A stretch of DNA of 33,583 nucleotides from Ginkgo biloba (lineage: Eukaryota; Plantae; Ginkgophyta). The notes beneath the pieces were generated by a model. It was not told the origin of the DNA, ran no database searches, and saw nothing but the letters and a program-made list of their open reading frames with translations. Below, in pieces: positions 1-10,099 of the stretch (its first letter is position 1; each line of letters opens with the position of its first letter). Position numbers and translations under genes: made by a program. The stretch covers positions 17,146,436-17,180,018 of the forward strand of contig JANKJI020000002.1 in the NCBI GenBank assembly GCA_024626585.2, read 5' to 3'.

Positions 1-3000
1 TATATTTGAGTATGGTAGGATATGCTCATATTAAATTCTTTTACTATGATTCTAAACAACTATGCTATAAATGACTTATAAATTTTAGGTTATGATTATA
101 GGTTATTCTCTTTAGTATCCCATATAATTTATATTCTTCATTCATGAATATTATTTCTATCAAAGGTAATTTTATTTTTGAGGTAATGGGTATGAAATGT
201 ATGTATTTGTTTAGTTTATCAACTACCACNNNNNNNNNNNNNNNNNNNNNNNNNNNNNNNNNNNNNNNNNNNNNNNNNNNNNNNNNNNNNNNNNNNNNNN
301 NNNNNNNNNNNNNNNNNNNNNNNNNNNNNGTGTATCTTTCCTAGGAGTTTAATTGATTATAACTTGTTTCATTGATATATGTCATATTCTCTATGAATTT
401 TGTAATGTTACTTTTCATCTCTAGCCAATAGAATGAGTGGCTAAAATTTTTATATGTCTTTCCAAAGTCAATGTGTCCTATTATTGGCATTATATGACTT
501 CCTCCATGGTATTTTATATAATCAATCCATTTATCAGAATCCATTAGTTATCCTTCTTATTTCTTATTATGTATTTTCTTAATTCAACTATGGATAGTTC
601 TATATTGTATCCCTCTTGTACTTTTGACAGCCATGATAAGTGTTTTATCATCATGGTATTATATGTATAGTTATAATATTTTTGAGACAATGAATCTCTA
701 ACCACTTTTTCCTTCACCTTTTCGTATGATATCTCAAAGTTGAATGCTTGGATTTTATTGATCCATTTTCTCTATTTATCAATAGTCATTTCTTGTTGAA
801 GTAAATATTTGAGACTACTATGATATGTTTTGACCATAAATTTTCTACCTAAGAAGTATTGTATTCATTTTTTGATTACATTAATAACAAATAACATCTC
901 CTTATTGTAAGATAACATTATCTTTTACCTACTATTTATATTTCAACTTTTTAAGGCTATTGATTTCTCATCTAGTATCAATATAGTGCTAATACCCACT
1001 CTTGAGGCATCACATTCTAATGTGGAAGGTTTTAAGAATTATGGTATTGATAAAACTAGTGTTGTTGTCATGTATTTATTTAGGTTCTAAAATCCNNNNN
1101 NNNNNNNNNNNNNNNNNNNNNNNNNNNNNNNNNNNNNNNNNNNNNNNNNNNNNNNNNNNNNNNNNNNNNNNNNNNNNNNNNNNNNNNNNNNNNNNTGTCA
1201 TGTATTTATTTAGGTTCTAAAATCCTTCTTTATCTTGGTCATTCCATTTAAATGCCTCCTTTTTATGATATATATCAAGGGCATTATGATGGATGGATAG
1301 TTCTTTACAAATCTCTTATACAATCATGTGAGCCTTAGGAACTCTCTACAATTTCTCACTATATTTGGTTAGGACACTCTTTTATGGTATTGATCTTTGA
1401 TTCATATAACTTAACCCCCTTAGTCAAAATGATGTGTCTTAGGTATTCAAGTGTTTATTTTCCAAAATCACACTTGGAATCCTTTGCAAATAACCTCTAC
1501 TCTTGAAGGAATTCTAATATGGTATCTAGATGGATCAAATATTCTTCCAATATATTATTATAAATCATATACATTTTTTTTTATTTTCTTAATGAATACC
1601 GTATACATTAGGGCTTAAAATATTGTTGGTGTATTACATAGTGCAAACAACATCACTCAAAACTCATAATGTCTTTGATACATGTGAAAATAAATATTCT
1701 CCCTATCTACCACTCTAATAGTAATTTAATAATAACTAGATCAAAGGTAAAATTTTTGTAATAATTATACTCTATTAATTTTATCCATTAAATCGTCAAT
1801 TCATAGAACTGGGAATTTATTTTTTATTGTGTTCTTGTTTAGTGTCAAGTAGTTGATGTAGAGTCTTAACAAACCATATTTCCTTTTAGAAAGTATGATT
1901 AGTGAAACATAAGGATTTTTTCATTTATTAATATCCCTAATATATAATACTTTTTGAGTTAACATTTTCATCTCTAATTTTTGGGGATGGTTATAGTGAC
2001 AGGGATTCATAATTATTGCACCTTTACTTAGTTTAACCTCTATGATGTTCACTATCTCTCTTCCCAAAGGTAGTTTCCTTGGTATCTATTAGAAAACTTA
2101 TTAATTCTTACTAAGTATTTATTTGATATCTTCGTTATAATATTATGTCGAAGAGCCCATTATATTTATTAATTTTGGTTCTTCCATATAGTATAAACTA
2201 GATATGAACTTGAANNNNNNNNNNNNNNNNNNNNNNNNNNNNNNNNNNNNNNNNNNNNNNNNNNNNNNNNNNNNNNNNNNNNNNNNNNNNNNNNNNNNNN
2301 NNNNNNNNNNNNNNNNNNNNNNNNNNNNNNNNNNNNNNNNNNNNNNNNNNNNNNNNNNNNNNNNNNNNNNNNNNNNNNNNNNNNNNNNNNNNNNNNNNNN
2401 NNNNNNNNNNNNNNNNNNNNNNNNNNNNNNNNNNNNNNNNNNNNNNNNNNNNNNNNNNNNNNNNNNNNNNNNNNNNNNNNNNNNNNNNNNNNNNNNNNNN
2501 NNNNNNNNNNNNNNNNNNNNNNNNNNNNNNNNNNNNNNNNNNNNNNNNNNNNNNNNNNNNNNNNNNNNNNNNNNNNNNNNNNNNNNAGGGTTGATAATTA
2601 CTACTAATTTATTTTTCTTGATGAAAACACGTGTTTTAAATACATAAATACACACCAATCCTATCATGGATTCAAATGAGATTTATGGCTCTCCCATATC
2701 TATAGTGACCTCTAGCCTTGATTCCTCAATTGAGTGGCTATTATTGTTATTCTCCTGGCTTCAATATTCTTCTTATTATTCTATTACCTCTTCTTTGTTT
2801 TCTTTTTTCTCATTCTATTTTCTTTGGGTTTGTTCCATAAATAATTTCTTTTAGGTACATTTTTTGTCAAGGGTCCATGGTTCCTTACATCAATAACAAA
2901 TTAGTATACCATTCTTCCTTTGGTTCATTTCCTCTTGGATCATTCATTTTATTTTCTTAGGTCTTTCTATTATTCTTCCACCTTGTTCATTATGTAGGGT

Positions 3001-3027
3001 CTTCTTCTAATTTAGAAGGTGCCTTTA

Positions 3028-3230
3028 TTTGAAGGCCTTATGCCTCTCTTCTATTTATCATGCATAGGATATGTCCATTTCTAAGGTTTATGGTCAAAAT
3101 GTTCTAACTTTTATTTTATTTATGGTCTAAGGTTTTGAAGTCCTAATGCCTCTCTTCTACTTGTCATGCATAAAAAATTATCATTTTCAAGGTTTGTGAT
3201 TAGAACATTCTGACATCTAGTTTTATTTGT
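3028..3230. repeat. Diverged tandem duplication, ~106-bp unit x2, inside the gypsy gag region
   Basis: 'tttgaaggccttatgcctctcttctatttatcatgcata' (~3028) versus 'tttgaagtcctaatgcctctcttctacttgtcatgcata' (~3134); similarity continues downstream (aaggttt.tg..aa..ttct.ac). Confidence 0.75.
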
Positions 3231-4014
3231 TCTCTTTTTTTTTTAATATAGAATTTATGAACATCATCTTATTTCATCCTTGCTTTAGCTTCAAGGGTTT
3301 GTAATTTTTATATATATTCATATATGGACATATCCCTTAGGTATAAGTTTTATAATTAGATTTTATATGACTCGCTTCAATTATAGTCTTCCCGTTGAGA
3401 AATATCCTCAGTAAATTTTTCAAATATTCTCACTATTATCTAATTTTGATCCTATAACCTTCCTCCCTAATTATAGATGAGTCCTTCTATATATTATATC
3501 ATTGTTCTTACTTTATCTATATTCTCCATTAGTCCTACTTGATCATAGGCCATCCTCAACTTTATTATCCATTCATGTGATTTAATGGTACCATTGAAGT
3601 TGTACTTCAAAATCTTTACTTATATACTACATGAAATTATTTCATTGCTTGCTTGAAACATTTATCCTTAGTTACTGTTATTTCCTTATTGATGATCCTA
3701 GTGAAATATTTTCTCTTGATGTAGAAGTGTCTTACCACTTTATCTCTTTCTTATAGATTATGTATGTGGACCTAGTCATTGTAAGGATTTGATCAATGTT
3801 TTATTCCCATCATTGGATTCAATCCATCTTTTCTTCTATTACATTTACCTTGAAATTTATCTTTTTATACCATATTGTCATCTTGTTTTCTAACTTATTG
3901 ATCCTTTAATATAATCTCTAATAGGTGTTAGTTTTCCATTATAGGATCTTTCCCTCTATTTCTATGTATTGTCTTATTTATTCCATATACCCTTCTTAGA
4001 ATAGGATTGCTAAA

Positions 4015-4026
4015 TCTCTAATACCA
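4015..4026 (-). promoter_or_regulatory. Degenerate primer-binding site (tRNA-iMet type) next to the 5' LTR end
   Basis: Plus 'tctctaatacca' = minus TGGTATTAGAGA, versus canonical TGGTATCAGAGC. It lies 2 nt from an LTR ending in ...TTACA (plus 'tgtaa' at 4029). Confidence 0.65.
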
Positions 4027-4353
4027 CGTGTAATATCCCAAAAATAAAACAACTAAATAATATATAGTAACTAATAATTTATAGATAAAGAATGTATATA
4101 TACGATAATAAAGAATAGTAACCAGTCAAAATGAACTTGAAAATAAGAAAGTAACTATGATAGTTCATTTGGACAAAGATAACAAACTTCTAAAAATAGT
4201 AAAAATGTACATAATTCTTGGGAATCAGAGGTTGTGAGGCACCATACACAAAANNNNNNNNNNNNNNNNNNNNNNNNNNNNNNNNNNNNNNNNNNNNNNN
4301 NNNNNNNNNNNNNNNNNNNNNNNNNNNNNNNNNNNNNNNNNNNNNNNNNNNNN

Positions 4354-5330
4354 TTTGAGTTTGAAGACCTGCGACCAAATTTATCTTAGAGTTTTACTTT
4401 TTCCTGTTAACTGGATGAAATTATTTTGCTTTACTCTCCTGAGAGTGAAGCTTTGGGAGCTTGGGACAAAGTCAATCTAAATGACCATATTTATGACATA
4501 GGTTATAACTATATGAAATATATTCTTAATCCATATTTTGAATATGTTGGTGGTTCCTAATATGAATTTTAATAGCTTCAGGAAGCCTTAGACTTAGGTT
4601 TTCTTTGATATAGATTCTAGTACAAGTCAGATTCTGTTAAGTAAAATTAGAAACTTTGATAAAATTACCTAACCTATTATATATTTAAGAAAGAACAACT
4701 TCATTAAGTAAATAATAAGGCAAGAAGGGTAAATGAACCCAAAATGGTACCTCTACAAGAATGTCTTTTGAAGGGTCGAAGCCAAAGTTCCAGTAGTCAA
4801 GATATAACCCACTCCTTCCCATAAACCAAGGGATACCTTTGAAAATACTTTCTCTATATTCTTTAGTTTCAAAAAAGGCATAGAAAAAACCTCTACCACA
4901 AGGTTCAAGCTCTATAGAGCCCTTAATAAAATTCTGCCAAGAATTTTTAGCCCAGACGTTTAAGGCAGTCGGGGAAGGCCAAAGACGAGTGAACCTACCA
5001 ATTAACACATGGTCCTACAACTCCTATACTTCCTCTTCAACTTCTAAAGGATTAATACATAGTTCTGGGATCTTGTGTTTCTTTATAAATATCTCCTTAG
5101 TCTATAACAGGGGAAGAGAGGCACCATGGTCCGAGGAGAATCTTGGATCCTCTCAACTCGAGCTGCCATAGAATCCATATGGAGGCGCATAGAATTGGCC
5201 ATTGTGTTCCCCTAACACCCTAGTGAAAAAGGTACTACTAGTCAATACCTGGATGATGTTAAGGTTTGGTCACAACATTGAGGGTATGGAATGGTTTCAT
5301 GGCCTGGGAATTGTTAGGGTTCAACCTCAA
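4354..5330 (-). mobile_element. L1-clade LINE ORF1 fragment (DUF4283-type domain plus degenerate zinc knuckle)
   Basis: ORF 4685-5008 'LIGRFTRLWPSP..LNVWA..SW...GRGFFYAFFETKEYRESIF...PWFMG...L..W..GFDP....EVPFWVHLPFLP' matches the plant LINE ORF1 pattern. It continues into 'GNFIKV', 'LPEAIKI' and a decayed CX2CX4HX4C ('..LCHKYGHLD*LCP', ~4460-4510). The 5' boundary is approximate. Confidence 0.85.
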
Positions 5331-6484
5331 TGACAAGAGCGCAGTAGCCCCCTAGAATCACTCCTATCCCTAAGTGAGAGAATGCAAAGTTAATGAATTA
5401 TTGGTAGACCAATTATACCAAGTTATAGTGTCTTTGTTCATTTTTTGGATATTAAACAAATTCTAATATTCATTTTCTACATGATAGGGGAGGATGAATA
5501 GTCTACAATTGATGGAGTTAATGTCAACTTAAAACTCTTTATTTTTTCTTCCAAAGAGGATTTCTACTTTACAATTTGATATTTTTCTTGGCTAATTCAT
5601 TTATATTCATTATAAGGGATTTAAATGAAGTCTCATACAACTTGAATGTGATGTAGGGAATCCCTATAAATCCCCTAGAAAAAGGCCCATTTTCTTTTTT
5701 TTTTAATTAAAAGAAAACTGACGTCATTTGGCCAAACTAACACCAACATCAGTTGGCCAACATCATCCAATATGGGTACTATTGAGTGATCAACACACCC
5801 CACTCTAATCTAAGCATGGGGACCCCCCCAATTCACCTTTTTTTTGTCTCCTTCTTCGCTCATATGGCCTATGTCAGGTCCTATCCATTTTTTGATAGAG
5901 ATAAGTTGTTATTGACCCCCTCCCCAACCATTCCATTTACCTGTAGATCGTAGCACTCTTCCCTAATCTACTAATTNNNNNNNNNNNNNNNNNNNNNNNN
6001 NNNNNNNNNNNNNNNNNNNNNNNNNNNNNNNNNNNNNNNNNNNNNNNNNNNNNNNNNNNNNNNNNNNNNNNNNNNNTTATTCTAATGCATTATGGTAATG
6101 TAATAAAATAATATTCAGCCACAAAAAAAATAATTTTTTTTTTCCAAAAATTGAAAATGCCCTCTAAATTCAATATTTTTTCCTTTAAGCTAAAAATTAC
6201 ATATTCAAGATTGCTATCAAAAACTTGTTATCAATTGAAGTAAGATGCATTCTGAACAAGACATAGAAAGGTTGTAAAGAGAATGCAAAATCACGAATTG
6301 TTTCCAAGCTATAGATTACCATGTGAAATTACTAAGATCTAGATCAAATAGAGAGACTAAAACAACTAAAGTTTATTTTATGTGAGTACTCACAAAATGA
6401 AGTGAAAAAATATAACAAGGAAACTATTATTTCTTCATATTCATGTATATTATTCATGGAATGAGATGAAAAAATTTATAGCAC

Positions 6485-6608
6485 ACAGATTCCTTCATTA
6501 TCTAGGATAACAAAAGTTGGTTACTAGAAAACTTCTAGAGTGAATGCAATGGACATAGATTTCTTCATTATTTGAGATAATAGAATCTAGTTACTAGAAA
6601 ATTTCTAT
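6485..6608. repeat. Diverged tandem repeat, 70-bp period x2
   Basis: 'acagattccttcattatctaggataacaaaagttggttactagaaaacttctag' versus 'atagatttcttcattatttgagataatagaatctagttactagaaaatttctat'. Confidence 0.75.
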
Positions 6609-6699
6609 AATTTTCCACTGTTTAATCACCTCTACTAAACACACACACCCTCTTACTATGGAATCCTTTTTAGGAAAGTTCCTCTAATATCACTTGCTA

Positions 6700-8019
6700 T
6701 GCTCTTCACCTTGATTTTTAAAATAACTCACAAAAAGATAATGATAAACTCAAATAATACAATGGGAAAAAAAGAATAAGATATTATAAGCCCACTTCAA
6801 GGGTGGAAACCTCCCAATACATTCAATAAGAATATTCATAATGCCTTAAAAGGTTATTGCATGGGATATATATATGAACTATTATTCCTAACATGAGACT
6901 AACTTATGCATGTGGGATATTCCATAAGAGACAACAAAAAATAAAGGTAAAAGAAAGGAAATAAAGGAAGAAGCTAGCTTGGGGTTCATAACTATTCTCC
7001 CCCCTTAGAAATATTTTTCCTCAAATATTTGTTAGTTCTGGATAATATTGTACAAACTTCTCACCTTCCCATATTACATCTTTAGGTGGAAAATTATCCA
7101 CTTGAAGAGGTACTCAGTGATATGTATGGATCATAGAATCTTGGTGCAAGTTTTAAGGATTGACTATGGTTCTAGTTGGAGTCACCCTTATTCATCCAGC
7201 TCTAGTATCTTTGTTTGAATGGTGACCTATTTTCCAACTACCATTTTTAGTTTGGAGACATGGAATACATTATGGATTTTAGAGGTACTAGGTAACTCCA
7301 AAGCACAGGCCACTTATCCAAATCTTTTTAGTGCCTTGTAAGGTCCATATAATCTTCACTAAAGCTTGTTATTTACACCATTTTTTAGGGTTATTTTATT
7401 GTATGGGTGTAGTCTTAAATATACCCAATCACCTAGTCTAAACACTCACTCACTTTTCTTCTTATCTACTTGTTACTTCATTCTATTATGTGTAGTATGA
7501 AATTTTTTATTAAGAAATATCAGCACCTCTTAATTTTATTGGATGTCACTCACCATTGAATTCACCTTTGTATTATTTGGAAGGAAACTACTTATGTTAT
7601 GTGGTTCATACCCATATAATTCCTAAAAAGGAGCCATCTTCATAGTTATGTGATAAGTAGTATTATATCACCATTCTACTAAATGTATCCATTTGTACCA
7701 TTGATCTTATTTGTCCATTATGAAACTTTACAAATATCCTGCTAAACACTTCTAATTGACCATTAGTTTGGGCATGATATTTGGTACTCATTGTAAGATT
7801 GGTACCAACTTGTCGAAATAGTTCTTGACAAAAGTTACTTATAAATTTAAGATCTCTATAATTGACTATTGCTTTGGGGAATCCATGTAATTTATAAATG
7901 TGTTTGAATAATGCTTCTACTAGTTAACTTGTCATAAAGGTTGTCTGTGTTCTAATAAAATGTGCATATTTAGTAATTCTATCGATTATTATAAAACTTC
8001 CATCCTTTCCTTCATATTC
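6700..8019 (-). mobile_element. Ty3/gypsy chromovirus 3' end: integrase core, GPY/F module, chromodomain, PPT and probable 3' LTR
   Basis: Minus: 'DGSFIIIDRITKYAHFI' (~7950-8005); 'YGPYKALKRFG*VACALELPSTSKIHNVFHVS' (~7255-7350); chromodomain-like 'TEYLFKW...WEGE' (~7060-7120); PPT AAGGGGGGAGAA at 6995-7006, followed by LTR-like sequence (outer boundary approximate). Confidence 0.88.
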
Positions 8020-8119
8020 NNNNNNNNNNNNNNNNNNNNNNNNNNNNNNNNNNNNNNNNNNNNNNNNNNNNNNNNNNNNNNNNNNNNNNNNNNNNNNNNN
8101 NNNNNNNNNNNNNNNNNNN

Positions 8120-8690
8120 AAAAAAATAATATGCATTATTCTAATACTCATCCATAATGCATATTTGAGTTTATACCTAACATATCCCTTATCATTAAGG
8201 GCTCCTTTTAGGGTTTTGTCTTCGACCTTCTACAACTCCTCTCCATTGTAGTTCTCAATTTTCTCAAGTGTGGTTCCACTTACCACCTCCATCGATACTC
8301 TATTGTCATCCACATATTGACTCCTCTCTTGAATCACCTCATCACCTAGGTGCTCATCCACAAGTAATCTGTTGTAGTTATTGCTTACTTCATGTGGAAT
8401 TCTATCTCACTAACCATGAATTTAAAATATGATTGGGACCCAAACATCATGAATCCTTCATTTTTATCCTTCACACAGGACCTCATTCATCTTTTCATAT
8501 AGAGATTTATCTTGCCTTATATCTTCACATGGATTCTTTGTTGGTGCCTCCTCATAACATGAAACCTTTTGTTCTTTTTCTTCCATCCCCTATACAAGCT
8601 CCTAAACTAACTTCTCTTTGATCTCCTTTAAGCCTTTTTTGACATATGGTTCACACAAAACCACCTCTAGTTCCTCACCTAGATAAGTGA
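8120..8690 (-). mobile_element. Possible 3' internal region, PPT and LTR start of another LTR element
   Basis: Minus strand has an interrupted Glu-rich frame ending in purine-rich 'AAGGGATA' followed by TGTTAGG (~8177-8191). No diagnostic enzyme motif. Confidence 0.3.
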
Positions 8691-8723
8691 TGAATCTTCT
8701 CTATAGTAGCAACATCGTCGATT

Positions 8724-8861
8724 TCAACATGCATGAAGACTGAAATCCCATAATTATAATTATAAGATTCAATAACTATTAACTAAAATAACGAGCTGAC
8801 TATTAGAATATGAATTTGCATAAAAATACATTCCAATTTCTGCGAGAAATGTTACTAAATT
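8724..8861 (+). repeat. Direct repeat copy 1 (~138 bp; pairs with 9658-9796)
   Basis: 'tcaacatgcatgaagactgaaatcccataattataattataagattcaataactattaactaaaataa...ttccaatttctgcgagaaatgttactaaatt'; copy 2 lies 934 bp downstream. Confidence 0.9.
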
Positions 8862-9180
8862 AATTTATTGGTAGAAGTATTAACTATCTCGATGTTCGCT
8901 CATATTCTCTATCCATGTTCTCTAGAAGCTTTTCTTTTACTTTTTCTTTTTTTTGGTGTAACTATTGTAATATTTAAGGCACATAAGGCAAATTGAAGTA
9001 TGTTTCCCTATATAACTAATATGTATCAGCCAAAACCTAATGTGCATTACCCTATATAAATGGTTAGGGATAATGTTTAGAATGATTGAAGACAAGTAAT
9101 TTATAATATTTATAACTTTTCAACAATTGAATGCCACACTTCTCATCTTTTATCCTCTTTGAACACCATGATGGTATTTA

Positions 9181-9545
9181 AAGGGCATCATTCCAAGTAG
9201 ATTGAACAACCGTTTAACAGGAGCAATTCCTGCAGCAATTGGGTCATTGCCAGTTCTTAACAGTCTTGACCTCTCAAACAATCAACTTTGAGGGAAAATT
9301 ATGCCTGAATTGAGTCAGCTCAGGTTGAGCTATTTGAATATGTCTTACAACCTGTTGTCCGGTCGAGTTCCTACCACATATAATAATTTGTCCTTCAAAA
9401 AATAGTTTTCTTGGCAATCTGGGTCTTTATGGTGGTAGGCCTCTAAGGCTTCCTCCATGCCCTCCTATGAAAAGATATATATGAAAGTCACTTATGTTGC
9501 AGTTCTTATTATGACAGGAGTAAGCTGCTTGATTAACTCAGGTCG
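9181..9545 (+). pseudogene. LRR receptor-like kinase fragment (HAESA/HSL-like, LRR-RLK XI): last LRRs, C-terminal cap and TM-like remnant; no kinase domain
   Basis: Hand translation from 9202: [65 protein letters not shown], a frameshift in the A6 run (9397-9402), then SFLGNLGLYGGRPLRLPPC and hydrophobic 'VTYVAVLIMTGVSCLI'. Fits the plant extracellular LRR consensus (LxxLDLSxNxLSGxIP) and the 'SFLGNPGLCG' cap. Stop at 9289-9291. The subfamily call is by recognition only. Confidence 0.88.
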
Positions 9546-9600
9546 ACATGTAAGGATTTTTCTATGATAACTAATGACTATCATGGCTATTAGCCAGTGT

Positions 9601-9628
9601 CCCATGTAACTTACATGGGCCTGGCTAG
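9601..9628 (+). mobile_element. Helitron-like 3' terminus (subterminal hairpin + CTAG, followed by T)
   Basis: Perfect 9-bp stem CCCATGTAA-C-TTACATGGG (9601-9619), 5 nt, then CTAG (9625-9628) and T at 9629. Confidence 0.5.
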
Positions 9629-9657
9629 TAGCTTCATGATGTAAGTGATGAAGCTGG

Positions 9658-9796
9658 TCAACATCCATGAAGACCAAAATCCCATAATTATAATTGTAGG
9701 ATTCAGTAACTATTAACTAAAATAAGGACCCTCACTACTAGAACGTGCATCTGCATAAAAAGACACTCCAATTTCTATGAGAAATCTTGTTAAATT
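9658..9796 (+). repeat. Direct repeat copy 2 (ends at an assembly gap)
   Basis: 'tcaacatccatgaagaccaaaatcccataattataattgtaggattcagtaactattaactaaaataa...ctccaatttctatgagaaatcttgttaaatt'. Confidence 0.9.
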
Positions 9797-10099
9797 GNNN
9801 NNNNNNNNNNNNNNNNNNNNNNNNNNNNNNNNNNNNNNNNNNNNNNNNNNNNNNNNNNNNNNNNNNNNNNNNNNNNNNNNNNNNNNNNNNNNNNNNNGAA
9901 AAACCCCTTTAAAATATTTGTTGAGAGTTTTCTATTTTAATGAAACATCTTATCTTAATCAACAAATTTAACATATATTACTTCTAAAATATTTATTTTC
10001 TTATAAAATTCACATGTAATGTATATATTACTTATTTTATGTATACTTAATATTTTATTTAGTTCTTCACATGCATAGACTGGGATTCAATGGGAAGAG

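Larger units (their letters stand above)
1..4253 (-). mobile_element. Degenerate Ty3/gypsy LTR retrotransposon (chromovirus-like): part of 5' LTR, PBS, gag region, RT, RNase H, integrase; runs off the window start
   Basis: Minus-strand hand translation: RT 'LRLYINYLTLNKNTIKNKFPVL*IDDL' (~1790-1875) and 'HYEF*VMLFALCNTPTIF*ALM' (~1600-1675); RNase H 'ECDASRVGISTIL' (~980-1020); integrase Zn-finger 'HIMPIIGHIDFGKTYKNFSHSFYW' (ORF 341-544); integrase core 'VVVDKLNKYIHFIPIT' (~180-229). The RT-RH-INT order is Ty3/gypsy. Many stops and frameshifts. Confidence 0.9.

Noticed and set aside
1066-1225. Identical 30-bp sequence (tgtcatgtatttatttaggttctaaaatcc) on both sides of a ~100-N gap
   Set aside because: A perfect duplicate flanking a placeholder gap inside continuous pol sequence indicates an unmerged contig overlap, not a biological repeat.
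5720-5727. TGACGTCA (bZIP/CRE-like palindrome)
   Set aside because: A single 8-mer with no adjacent gene; expected by chance at this window size.
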